Origin: Solirubrobacterales bacterium
GTDB taxonomy: Bacteria; Actinomycetota; Thermoleophilia; Solirubrobacterales; Solirubrobacteraceae
Length of the DNA stretch: 64,000 nt
Assembly: GCA_019240655.1 (NCBI GenBank)
Contig: JAFAXX010000154.1
Location: 6,400 to 70,399, forward strand
Reading direction: 5' to 3'
The position numbers and the translations under genes are program-made. The notes beneath the pieces were generated by a model that did not search any database, had not been told where the DNA came from, and saw only the letters and a list, made by a program, of their open reading frames with translations. Below, piece by piece: positions 26,314 through 34,193 of this stretch (within the stretch, counting starts at the first letter, position 1; each line of letters opens with the position of its first letter).

Positions 26314-26342
26314 GCGGATCCCCACGCCCCGACGACATAGGC

Positions 26343-27440
26343 GTGGTCGCCGGCAGCGAAGCGGGCTCGCACTACGGCCCCAAGCTGCGCAGCCGCAAGC
26401 AGGGCGCCGCGGTCGCGCTCGACGACCTCGACAAGCGGCTGCTCAACCTGATGCAGGGGCGCTTCCCGATCGCCGAGCGCCCCTACCGGCAGGTGGCCGC
26501 GGCGGCGGGCATCACCGAGGAGGAGGCGATGGCGCGGGTGAAGCGTCTGCTGGCCGACCGGATCATCCGCCAGGTGACCCCGATCTTCGACACGCGCGCG
26601 CTCGGATACTCCTCGATGTTGGTGGCCGCGAAGGTCGATCCCGAGAACCCGTGGCGCGCGGCACAGGTGATCAACGAGCACCCCGGTGTCTCGCATAACT
26701 ACCTGCGCAACCACGAGTTCAACATCTGGTTCACGATCGCCACCGAGCCGGACTCGTCGCTCGGCCTCGAAGGCACGCTCGCGCTGCTCGCCCGCCTGGC
26801 CGGCGCGGAGTCGATCCGGCAGCTCCCGACGCTGAAGCTGTTCAAGATTCGCATGGACCTCGAGATGGAGGGTGACACGCGCGACCTCGCGCGGGCGGCG
26901 GAGGCGCTCGAGCCGGCCGAGACCGAGCCGCAGCCCTACGACGAGCTCGACGTCGCGGTGATCCGCGCGCTCCAGGGGGACCTGCCCGTGGTGCCCGAGC
27001 CCTACGCCCCCGCGGCCCGAGCGGTCGGCCTGGCCCAGCCGCGCTTCCTCGCCCATCTCGAAGGCATGCGCGAGCGGCGGCTGCTGCGCCGGGTGGCGGC
27101 GATCCTCTACCACCGTCGCGCCGGCTTCAGCGCCAACGGGATGGGCGTCTGGAAGGTCCCGGACGAGCGGATCATGGAGCTCGGCCCGCGGATGGCCGCC
27201 TTCCGCGGGATCTCCCACTGCTATCAGCGGCCGACTTACGCGGACTGGCCGTACTCGGTGTTCACGATGGCCCACGGCCGCTCTAAGGAGGAGTGCGACG
27301 CGATCCTCGACTCGATCGCCGAGGCCACCGGCGTCCACGAGCGCGCCACGCTCTACTCCTCGACCGAGTTCAAGAAGATCCGGCTGCTCTACTTCACCGA
27401 GGATCACCGCGCCTGGGAGCGTAAGCACGCCGGCGTGTGA
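26343..27440 (+). CDS. Fused siroheme decarboxylase-like protein (AhbA/AhbB = NirD/L/G/H family, two AsnC-like modules)
   Basis: Module 1: LDDLDKRLLNLMQGRFPIAERPY...GVSHNYLRNHEFNIWFT. Module 2: LDVAVIRALQGDLPVVPEPY...GISHCYQRPTYADWPYSVFTMAHG. The start is GTG 26343; upstream codons overlap hemB out of frame. Confidence 0.8.
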   Translation: MVAGSEAGSHYGPKLRSRKQGAAVALDDLDKRLLNLMQGRFPIAERPYRQVAAAAGITEEEAMARVKRLLADRIIRQVTPIFDTRALGYSSMLVAAKVDPENPWRAAQVINEHPGVSHNYLRNHEFNIWFTIATEPDSSLGLEGTLALLARLAGAESIRQLPTLKLFKIRMDLEMEGDTRDLARAAEALEPAETEPQPYDELDVAVIRALQGDLPVVPEPYAPAARAVGLAQPRFLAHLEGMRERRLLRRVAAILYHRRAGFSANGMGVWKVPDERIMELGPRMAAFRGISHCYQRPTYADWPYSVFTMAHGRSKEECDAILDSIAEATGVHERATLYSSTEFKKIRLLYFTEDHRAWERKHAGV

Positions 27441-27484
27441 GCACCCGGTCTGTGAGCACCCGGTCTGTTGTGAGCACCCGGTCG
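27437..27484. repeat. 15-bp unit GTGAGCACCCGGTCT repeated 3 times at the hemL start
   Basis: 27437-27451 and 27452-27466 are exact. After a GTT spacer, 27470-27484 has 1 mismatch. Each unit begins with an in-frame GTG. Confidence 0.9.
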
Positions 27485-28750
27485 GCCGATCTCTACCGCC
27501 GCGCCCTCCGGCTGCTGCCCGGCGGCGTCAACTCCCCGGTGCGGGCGATGCGCGCGATCGGGCGCGACCCGGTGTTCGTCGCCTCCGGCCACGGGTCGCG
27601 GATCCGTGACGCCGACGGCCGCGAGTACGTCGACTGGGTGAGCTCGTGGGGCCCGCTGATTCTTGGCCACGCCCATCCGGCCGTGGTCGCGGCGGTGAGC
27701 GCGGCGGCGGGGCGGGGAACGAGCTTCGGCGCCCCCACCGAGGGTGAGGTGCGGCTGGCCGAGGCGGTGACCGCTCGAATCCCGTCGGTCGAGATGCTTC
27801 GCATGACCTCTTCGGGGACGGAGGCGGCGATGAGCGCGATCCGGCTGGCGCGGGCGCTGACCGGGCGTGAGCTCGTGCTGAAGTTCTCCGGGGCCTACCA
27901 CGGCCACGTCGACGGCCTTCTCGCCGACGCCGGCTCGGGGCTCGCGACCCAGGGCATCCCGGCCAGCCCGGGGGTCACCGCGGCGGCCGCGGCGGCGACG
28001 GTGATCGTCCCCTGGAACGACCCCGAGGGGCTGATCGAGGCGACCGAGCGCCACGAGCTCGCGGCCATCCTGGCCGAGCCGGTCGCGGCCAACATGGGCG
28101 TGGTGCCGCCGGCGCCCGAGTTTCTCGCGCTGCTGCGCGACCGGGCCGACCGGACGGGCGCGCTGCTGGTCTTCGACGAGGTGATCACCGGCTTTCGCGT
28201 GGCGCCCGGTGGGGCTCAGGAGCTCTACGGCGTGATGCCGGACCTGACGATCCTCGGCAAGGTGATCGGCGGTGGCCTCCCCGCCGCCGCCTACGGCGGT
28301 CCGCCCGCGCTGATGGAGCGGATCGCCCCCGCCGGCGACGTCTACCAGGCCGGAACGCTGTCCGGCAACCCGCTGGCCGTCGCGGCGGCGCTGGCCACGC
28401 TGGCCGAGCTCGACGCGCCGGCCTACGCGCGGCTCGCGGAGATCACCGCGGGCCTCGCGGGCGGCCTGGCCGACGCCGCCCGCGCGGCCGGCGTCCCGCT
28501 GCAGGTGCAGAGCGTGCCCGGGCTCCTCACCCCGTTCTTCACCCACGGCCGCGTGCAGCGCTACTCGGACGCGGCGGCGTGCGACCTGGAGGCCTACGGG
28601 GCGTGGTGCCGGGCATTGCTGGCCCGGGGGGTGTACCCGCCCGCGTCGCAGTTCGAGGCCTGGTTTCCGTCGCTCGCGCACACCGACGCTGACGTCGAGA
28701 CCACGGTGCGGGCCGCGGAGGAGGCATTCGCCGAGGTGGCTGCGCGGTGA
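27437..28750 (+). CDS. hemL: Glutamate-1-semialdehyde 2,1-aminomutase
   Basis: Contains LLPGGVNSPVRAM, SWGPLILGHAHP, FDEVITGFRV and LGKVIGGGLP. The true start may be GTG 27470 (VSTRSADLYRRA...). Confidence 0.92.
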   Translation: MSTRSVSTRSVVSTRSADLYRRALRLLPGGVNSPVRAMRAIGRDPVFVASGHGSRIRDADGREYVDWVSSWGPLILGHAHPAVVAAVSAAAGRGTSFGAPTEGEVRLAEAVTARIPSVEMLRMTSSGTEAAMSAIRLARALTGRELVLKFSGAYHGHVDGLLADAGSGLATQGIPASPGVTAAAAAATVIVPWNDPEGLIEATERHELAAILAEPVAANMGVVPPAPEFLALLRDRADRTGALLVFDEVITGFRVAPGGAQELYGVMPDLTILGKVIGGGLPAAAYGGPPALMERIAPAGDVYQAGTLSGNPLAVAAALATLAELDAPAYARLAEITAGLAGGLADAARAAGVPLQVQSVPGLLTPFFTHGRVQRYSDAAACDLEAYGAWCRALLARGVYPPASQFEAWFPSLAHTDADVETTVRAAEEAFAEVAAR

Positions 28751-29295
28751 GAAGTGCCCGTGAGGGGGCGGCTCGGCTGCACACCGCGCTGCGCGCCGAG
28801 GGCGGCACGGTCGCGGAGGTGCTCGGCGAGGCTCCCGACGGCGAGCGGGCGCTCGCCGCTCCCGGCCCGGCCCAGGTGGCCGCTGCGGGCCCGCGCGCGC
28901 GAGGGCGCGAGGACGAGTACGAGCTGCTGCTGGAGATGATCCTCGAGGGCTCGCGGCTTCATTACGGACAGGCGCTGGTCGTCCGTCCCCGCGACCGCGA
29001 TCTCGCGCTGCTGCTGGGCGACCAGCTGTATGCGCTCGGACTCGCGCGCCTGGCCGCGCTCGGCGACATCGCCGCGGTGGCCGAGCTCGCCGATGTCATC
29101 TCGCTGGTCGCTCAGGCCCACGCAGCCTCCGATCCGCGGCTCGCCGAAGCCGTCTGGGAGGCCGGCGCGGTCGCGGTGGGCTGGGGCACGAGCGAGCGCC
29201 ACGCGGCCGCCAAGGCACTGGCCCGCCGCGGTGACCCGGGCGCCGAGGCGGCCCTCCGCCACGCGGCGGCGGCGCCCACGCGCTCGGCGCGGTAG
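28747..29295 (+). CDS. Hypothetical all-alpha protein, translationally coupled to hemL
   Basis: 182 aa with a GTGA overlap with the hemL stop. EYELLLEMILEGSRLHYGQ...LALLLGDQLYALGLARLAALGD faintly resembles polyprenyl-synthase helices but lacks DDxxD. Confidence 0.55.
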   Translation: MRSAREGAARLHTALRAEGGTVAEVLGEAPDGERALAAPGPAQVAAAGPRARGREDEYELLLEMILEGSRLHYGQALVVRPRDRDLALLLGDQLYALGLARLAALGDIAAVAELADVISLVAQAHAASDPRLAEAVWEAGAVAVGWGTSERHAAAKALARRGDPGAEAALRHAAAAPTRSAR

Positions 29296-29340
29296 CCTTT
29301 GCGCACGCTAAAGAATGCGCTCGTGACTCTCGCCTCTTTG

Positions 29341-29369
29341 TTGACGAAAAGCTCAACGAGGCGTTCAAT
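29341..29369 (+). promoter_or_regulatory. Candidate promoter of qcrABC (TTGACG-17 nt-TTCAAT)
   Basis: -35 at 29341-29346 and -10 at 29364-29369, in an AT-rich 106-bp gap. The GAGG SD precedes GTG 29402. Confidence 0.45.
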
Positions 29370-29401
29370 GAATTCAATGTCACCCGCGACCGAGGCCTCC
29401 C

Positions 29402-30076
29402 GTGCCAGACCGACGTAGCGCCCCCAAGCCCAAGTACACCGCGGAGCGGAACATGCCGGGCACGTTCGAGGGCGAGACGGTCAACCGGCGGCGCTTCATG
29501 AACCTGGTCACCAACGGCGCCGGCGGCGTGGCGGCCGTCGCGATCACGCTGCCGGTGCTCGGCTTCGCCGCCGGCCCGATCTTCAGCCGCGTGCCGTTCG
29601 AGTGGCAGACGATCGGCATGCCGGCCGACTTCCCCAAGAGCACCTACCAGACGAGGGTCGTCGAGATCGTCCAGGGCATCGGCGAGGCCGGCAAGACCAC
29701 GGCCTACGTCCGGGCCCGCGATCCTTCGATCGACACCGAGCCCGAGGACCAGTACAACCAGTTCGTGGCGCTGTCCTCGCGCTGCATGCACCTCGGTTGC
29801 CCGGTGCGGTTCGTGGCCGCGGCCGAGCGCTTCATCTGCCCGTGTCACGGCGGCGTCTACGACTTCCGCGGGATGGTCGCCGGCGGCCCGCCCGTCCGGC
29901 CGCTGGACCGCTTCTACACCCGGTTGAAGGACGGTTACGTCCAGATCGGCCCACGCTACTCGGTCAACAGCGAGCTGCGCCGGTTCTCCCCGCGTGACCC
30001 CGGCGAGCCGCTGGACGGCGTTGGGCAGTACCTGTACCCCGCACGCTTCTCCACCTCCCAGATCCCACAGAGCTGA
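29402..30076 (+). CDS. qcrA: Menaquinol-cytochrome c reductase Rieske iron-sulfur subunit
   Basis: Tat-like RRRFMNLV signal/anchor. Rieske boxes CMHLGCP and CPCHGGVYD. Confidence 0.85.
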   Translation: MPDRRSAPKPKYTAERNMPGTFEGETVNRRRFMNLVTNGAGGVAAVAITLPVLGFAAGPIFSRVPFEWQTIGMPADFPKSTYQTRVVEIVQGIGEAGKTTAYVRARDPSIDTEPEDQYNQFVALSSRCMHLGCPVRFVAAAERFICPCHGGVYDFRGMVAGGPPVRPLDRFYTRLKDGYVQIGPRYSVNSELRRFSPRDPGEPLDGVGQYLYPARFSTSQIPQS

Positions 30077-30081
30077 ACGCC

Positions 30082-30882
30082 ATGCCCCGTCTCCCCGCAC
30101 CCCCACTCCCGAAAGCGCTCATGCCCCGGCCGAAGCGGCCGGGCGAGGCGCAGGACGTCGGTGCATTCCCGCCGGCGGAGGCGGGGATCACCGTGGTCGA
30201 CTGGATCGACGAGCGGACCTCGCTCTCGCCGGGCATCCGCTGGATGCTCTTCCGGAAGGTCCCCAAGGGGATCAACTGGGCCTATACGCTCGGCTCGGCG
30301 ACGCTGTTCGCGTTCCTCGCGCAGGCCGTGACCGGGGTCTTTCTGGCCATGTACTACCGCCCCGACGCCGCCGGCGGCGCCTACGAGTCGATCCGCTACA
30401 TCACCGATGACGCGTTCCTCGGACAGTTCGTGCGCGGGATGCACAAGTGGGGCGCCTCGGTGATGATCATCCTGATCTTCCTGCACATGGCGCGGGTGTT
30501 CTTCTACGGCGCCTACAAGTACCCGCGGGAGCTGACGTGGATCATCGGCGTGGTGCTGCTGATCCTCACGCTCGTCATGGGCTTCACCGGCTATCTGCTG
30601 CCGTTCGACCAGCGGGCGTACTGGGCGACGATCGTCGGCGTGAACATCAACGGCACCGGTCCGTTCGTCGGCCCGTTCCTGTCCGACTTCCTGCGCGCGG
30701 GTCCCGAGTTCGGCGCGACCACGCTCTCGCGCTTCTACGCCATCCACATGCTGCTCGTCCCCGGCGCGATCGGCGCGCTTATCGGCGCCCACCTGTACCT
30801 GGTCTCGAAGCTCGGGATCACCGCGCCTCCGTGGCTCAAGGCCGAGCCCGAGCCCGAGCTGCTCGAGCACTCCGAAGTGTGA
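30082..30882 (+). CDS. qcrB: Cytochrome b6-type subunit (short, 4-helix cytochrome b)
   Basis: Helix B His pair in MHKWGASVMIILIFLHM (13 residues between). Helix D pair in AIHMLLVPGAIGALIGAH (14 between, the b6/Bacillus spacing). Also GYLLPFDQRAYWAT. Confidence 0.9.
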   Translation: MPRLPAPPLPKALMPRPKRPGEAQDVGAFPPAEAGITVVDWIDERTSLSPGIRWMLFRKVPKGINWAYTLGSATLFAFLAQAVTGVFLAMYYRPDAAGGAYESIRYITDDAFLGQFVRGMHKWGASVMIILIFLHMARVFFYGAYKYPRELTWIIGVVLLILTLVMGFTGYLLPFDQRAYWATIVGVNINGTGPFVGPFLSDFLRAGPEFGATTLSRFYAIHMLLVPGAIGALIGAHLYLVSKLGITAPPWLKAEPEPELLEHSEV

Positions 30883-30892
30883 GGCGGCTCAG

Positions 30893-31630
30893 GTGAACCA
30901 GGCTCAGAAGGAGCAGTACCTCCGGGAGTACTCGATCCTCAAGAGCCAGGGGAAGCCGTTCTTCCCCTACGCGGTCGCCAAGGACTCGATCATGGCGATG
31001 ATCGTCATCCTGGTGATCATCTTCCTCGCGCTGATGTTCGGCGCCGAGATCGCCCCCAAGGCCGATCCGACGACGACCACCTACGTACCGCGACCGGACT
31101 GGTACTACTTCTTCCTGTTCGAGGTCCTGCGCGTGATGAAGAACGTGCCGAAGTTCACGCCGATGGCCACGATCGGGGTGCCGACGATCTGCATGATCCT
31201 GCTGTTTCTGCTGCCGTTCTACGACCGCAGCCCGGAGCGGCGGATCGAGCGCCGGCCGATCGCGCTGGCCGCGGGCATCACCACGATCGCGGCGATGGCG
31301 TTCCTCACCTACTCCGGCGCCAACACCGGCTCGCCCAACTCTGTCGACCTCCAGCCGCCCTCGAGCCTGAGCGCCTCCCAGGCGCAGATGTTCCGGGCCG
31401 GCGAGCTCGTCGTCGGCGAGTCCGGGTGCCTGGCCTGCCACGTGATCGGCGACAACGGCAACAACGGACCGGGGCCGGTGCTGACCCACATCGGCTCGAA
31501 GCTGCCCTCGCAGGCGATCGCGTCGACGTTGCGCAATCCGACTCCCCCGATGCCCTCGTTCCGCAACCTCGCCGCGCAGTCCCCGCAGAAGTTCCAGCAG
31601 CTGGTCGGCTTCCTGTCTGAGCTGCAGTAG
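30893..31630 (+). CDS. qcrC: Subunit-IV-like domain fused to a mono-haem cytochrome c (Bacillus QcrC type)
   Basis: PRPDWYYFFLFEVLR (PEWY-type motif) and 3 TM, then a C-terminal CLACH haem-c site and PPMPSF. Confidence 0.85.
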   Translation: MNQAQKEQYLREYSILKSQGKPFFPYAVAKDSIMAMIVILVIIFLALMFGAEIAPKADPTTTTYVPRPDWYYFFLFEVLRVMKNVPKFTPMATIGVPTICMILLFLLPFYDRSPERRIERRPIALAAGITTIAAMAFLTYSGANTGSPNSVDLQPPSSLSASQAQMFRAGELVVGESGCLACHVIGDNGNNGPGPVLTHIGSKLPSQAIASTLRNPTPPMPSFRNLAAQSPQKFQQLVGFLSELQ

Positions 31631-31639
31631 CACGGCGGC

Positions 31640-32392
31640 ATGGGGGCGCGCGCACCTTCGGCGCCCGCAGGCGCGACTCCGTCCGCCCCGGGGGTGCTCG
31701 AGGAGGCGCAGGTGCGGGCGATGTTCGATCGCATCGCCGGCCTCTACGACCGCATGAACACGGTGATGACCGCCGGGCTTCACCACCAGTGGCGCCGGCG
31801 GGCCGCCGATCTGGCCGCGCTTGCACCGGGCGGCCGCGCCCTCGACGTGGCCACCGGCACCGGCGACCTGGCGCTCGAGCTCGCCGCGCGGGTCGGGCCG
31901 GCGGGCGAGGTCGTGGGGACCGACTTCTCGGAGCGGATGCTCGCGCTGGCCCGGGAGAAGGCGGCCGGGCGCGCCGGCGCCCCGGTTCGCTTCGAGCCCG
32001 CCAACGCCCTCTCCCTGCCCTACGCCGACGCCGAGTTCGACGCCGCCACCGTCGGCTTCGGCGCGCGGAACTTCTCGGACCTGAGGCGCGGCCTCGGCGA
32101 GATGACGCGGGTCGTCCGGCCGGGGGGGCGGGTCGTCGTGCTCGAGATCACCACCCCGCGACGGCCTCCGCTGTCGAGCTTCTTCGGGCTCTGGTTCGAC
32201 CGGATCGTGCCCGCCCTCGGGCGGCTGGCCGACACCCAGGCCTACAGCTACCTGCCGAGCTCGGTGCGGCGCTTCCCGGGGCCCGAGGCGTTGGCCGGGA
32301 TTATGTGGGAGGGCGGGCTACGCGAGATCCGCTGGGTCCTCACCGCGGGCGGGATCATCGCGCTGCACGTCGGCGAGGTGCGGCGCGCTTGA
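31640..32392 (+). CDS. menG: Demethylmenaquinone methyltransferase (UbiE/MenG)
   Basis: Contains VRAMFDRIAGLYDRMN, SAM motif LDVATGTGDLA and YSYLPSSVRRFP. Confidence 0.88.
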   Translation: MGARAPSAPAGATPSAPGVLEEAQVRAMFDRIAGLYDRMNTVMTAGLHHQWRRRAADLAALAPGGRALDVATGTGDLALELAARVGPAGEVVGTDFSERMLALAREKAAGRAGAPVRFEPANALSLPYADAEFDAATVGFGARNFSDLRRGLGEMTRVVRPGGRVVVLEITTPRRPPLSSFFGLWFDRIVPALGRLADTQAYSYLPSSVRRFPGPEALAGIMWEGGLREIRWVLTAGGIIALHVGEVRRA

Positions 32393-33348
32393 GCGCGACG
32401 GTGCAAGCGGTGCTCGACGCCGGGGGCGAGGCCGTCTCGAGGCTGATGGCGCAGGCCGAGCTGCGGATGGCCGAGCTGGCCGCCGGCCACGGACCGGTGC
32501 TGGCTCGTTACGCCGGCGAGACGATCGCCGCGGGCGGCAAGCGGCTGCGGCCGCTCCTCGTCTACCTGGCGGCCGGCGTCCCGCCGCCCGAGACCGACGC
32601 CCTCGTGCGAGCCGCGGTGGCGGTCGAGCTCGTCCACGGCGCGACGCTCGTCCACGACGACGTTCTCGACGGCTCCGATCTGCGGCGGGGTCGCCCGACC
32701 GTGGTCGCCACCGGCGGGCGGTGGATGGCCACCGCGACCGGCGACCTGCTGTTCGCGCGGGCGTTCGCCGAGTTGGCCCACGTCTCGGTCGCGGCGGTCC
32801 GGGTCCTGGCGCGCGCGAGCACCGAGCTCGCCCGCGGCGAGCTGATGCAGCGGCGCGACGCCTGGAAGGCGGAGGTGAGCGTCGAGCGCTACCTGGCGCG
32901 CTGCCGGCTGAAGACCGCGGTGCTGTTCCGTGCCGCCTGCGAGCTCGGCGCGCTCGAGAGTGCGTCCAGAGCGTCGCTGGCGCCGTTCGGCGAGGGCATC
33001 GGGCTGGCGTTTCAGATCCTCGACGACGTCCTCGACGTCTCCGGGCCGCCGGAGCGCACGGGTAAGCCGCGCGGTGCCGATCTGCTCGACGGCACGGTGA
33101 CGCTTCCGCTGATCATCGCGCGTTCCCGGGATCCGGAGCTGGCCGCGCTCGACCTCCGCACCGTCCGCGCCCCTGACGACGCCGCACGGGTCTGCGAGCG
33201 AATCGCCGCCACGGGCGCGCCCGGGGTGGCCCGGGGCCGGGCGATGGACCTCGTCGCCGAGGCCAAGTCCACGCTACCGTCGCTGCCCGGGCGCCAGCGC
33301 TCGGCGCTCGAGCTGGTCGCCGACGGCGTCGTCGAACGCTACGCCTGA
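32389..33348 (+). CDS. Long-chain trans-polyprenyl diphosphate synthase (HepT/IspB-like)
   Basis: Contains GGKRLRPLLV, the first Asp-rich motif LVHDDVLDGSDLRRGRPT and the second, FQILDDVLD. The start is uncertain: TTG 32389 overlaps the menG stop. Confidence 0.85.
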   Translation: MSATVQAVLDAGGEAVSRLMAQAELRMAELAAGHGPVLARYAGETIAAGGKRLRPLLVYLAAGVPPPETDALVRAAVAVELVHGATLVHDDVLDGSDLRRGRPTVVATGGRWMATATGDLLFARAFAELAHVSVAAVRVLARASTELARGELMQRRDAWKAEVSVERYLARCRLKTAVLFRAACELGALESASRASLAPFGEGIGLAFQILDDVLDVSGPPERTGKPRGADLLDGTVTLPLIIARSRDPELAALDLRTVRAPDDAARVCERIAATGAPGVARGRAMDLVAEAKSTLPSLPGRQRSALELVADGVVERYA

Positions 33349-33358
33349 GCCCGCGGGT

Positions 33359-33772
33359 CTAGAAGTCCTCAGGCAGGATGAGGTCGGCGTGAAGCGCGGA
33401 GGTGAAGCGCTCGACGTGGTCGGCCATGTTGGCCTGGGTCAGGCGCTTGAGGTCCCGGAGCATGTCGGCCAGCCCCTCGTCGAGCTGGTCCTCGAGGTTG
33501 TGCACCTGCGCCTCGGTGTAGGTGCCCTCGGTGCTCCAGTGGCAGTTGGGGCAGCTCAGGACGAGCTCCCAGCGACCGTCGGAGGCCTCGCACCAGTCGA
33601 TCGGCTGCACGAGGTTCGAGTCGCAGACGGGGCACATGTGCAGCCCGCGCTCGGTCTCGGTCTCGGGGTCCACGAAGCGGACGACCTCGATCGACCGGCC
33701 GCTGGGGAGGACGATGCGGCGCACGGAATGGGGATTGCGGCTCTGGGAATGGGGATTTCGGTTCTCGTTCAC
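33359..33772 (-). CDS. Hypothetical zinc-ribbon protein (CxxC...CxxC)
   Basis: From GTG 33772: VNENRNPHSQSRNPHSVRRIVLP...HMCPVCDSNLVQPIDW...LSCPNCHW..., with an acidic helical C-terminus. The upstream part of the 252-aa ORF looks non-coding. Confidence 0.5.
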   Translation of the reverse strand: MNENRNPHSQSRNPHSVRRIVLPSGRSIEVVRFVDPETETERGLHMCPVCDSNLVQPIDWCEASDGRWELVLSCPNCHWSTEGTYTEAQVHNLEDQLDEGLADMLRDLKRLTQANMADHVERFTSALHADLILPEDF

Positions 33773-33902
33773 GGATAATCGGTGTTGCTCGGTGTCTGAG
33801 CTGTATATCGGCCGCCGGACGCCACACCTTGAGCGCCTTTGTTTCTGACCGCCGGGATGGCGGTCGGTAACCTTCGAAGCCCTAGACGGAGGCCTCACGC
33901 GA

Positions 33903-34172
33903 ATGTTCCGCAACCCCACCACCGACCTCATCGTCATCCTGGTCATCGTGCTGTTGATCTTCGGCCCCAAGCGGCTGCCGTCGCTCGGCAAGCAGCTCGG
34001 CTCGGGAATCCGCGAGTTCAAGGATTCGATCACCGGTGATTCCAAGGACGATGACGTCGAGCCACCGCAGCTCCAGAGCACCAGCACCACAACGCGAGCC
34101 GACGCCGCGTCGGTCAACCTCAGCGCCGAGCGCGATTCGGCCGAGGTCGGATCCTCAGAGCGCCGCGGTTAG
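33903..34172 (+). CDS. tatA: Twin-arginine translocase subunit TatA/E
   Basis: DLIVILVIVLLIFGPKRLPSLGKQLGSGIREFK. Confidence 0.9.
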   Translation: MFRNPTTDLIVILVIVLLIFGPKRLPSLGKQLGSGIREFKDSITGDSKDDDVEPPQLQSTSTTTRADAASVNLSAERDSAEVGSSERRG

Positions 34173-34193
34173 CGCCCGCTCTGGGCTGACGGC

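Noticed and set aside
25614-26342. First ~243 codons of the 608-aa ORF 25614-27440.
   Set aside because: It lies out of frame inside hemB with an Arg/Pro/Gly composition. The AhbA/B-like sequence starts only after the hemB stop.
31789-32388. N-terminal 200 codons of the 519-aa ORF that ends as the polyprenyl synthase.
   Set aside because: It lies out of frame within menG with an Arg/Gly/Pro composition. Synthase motifs begin after 32389.
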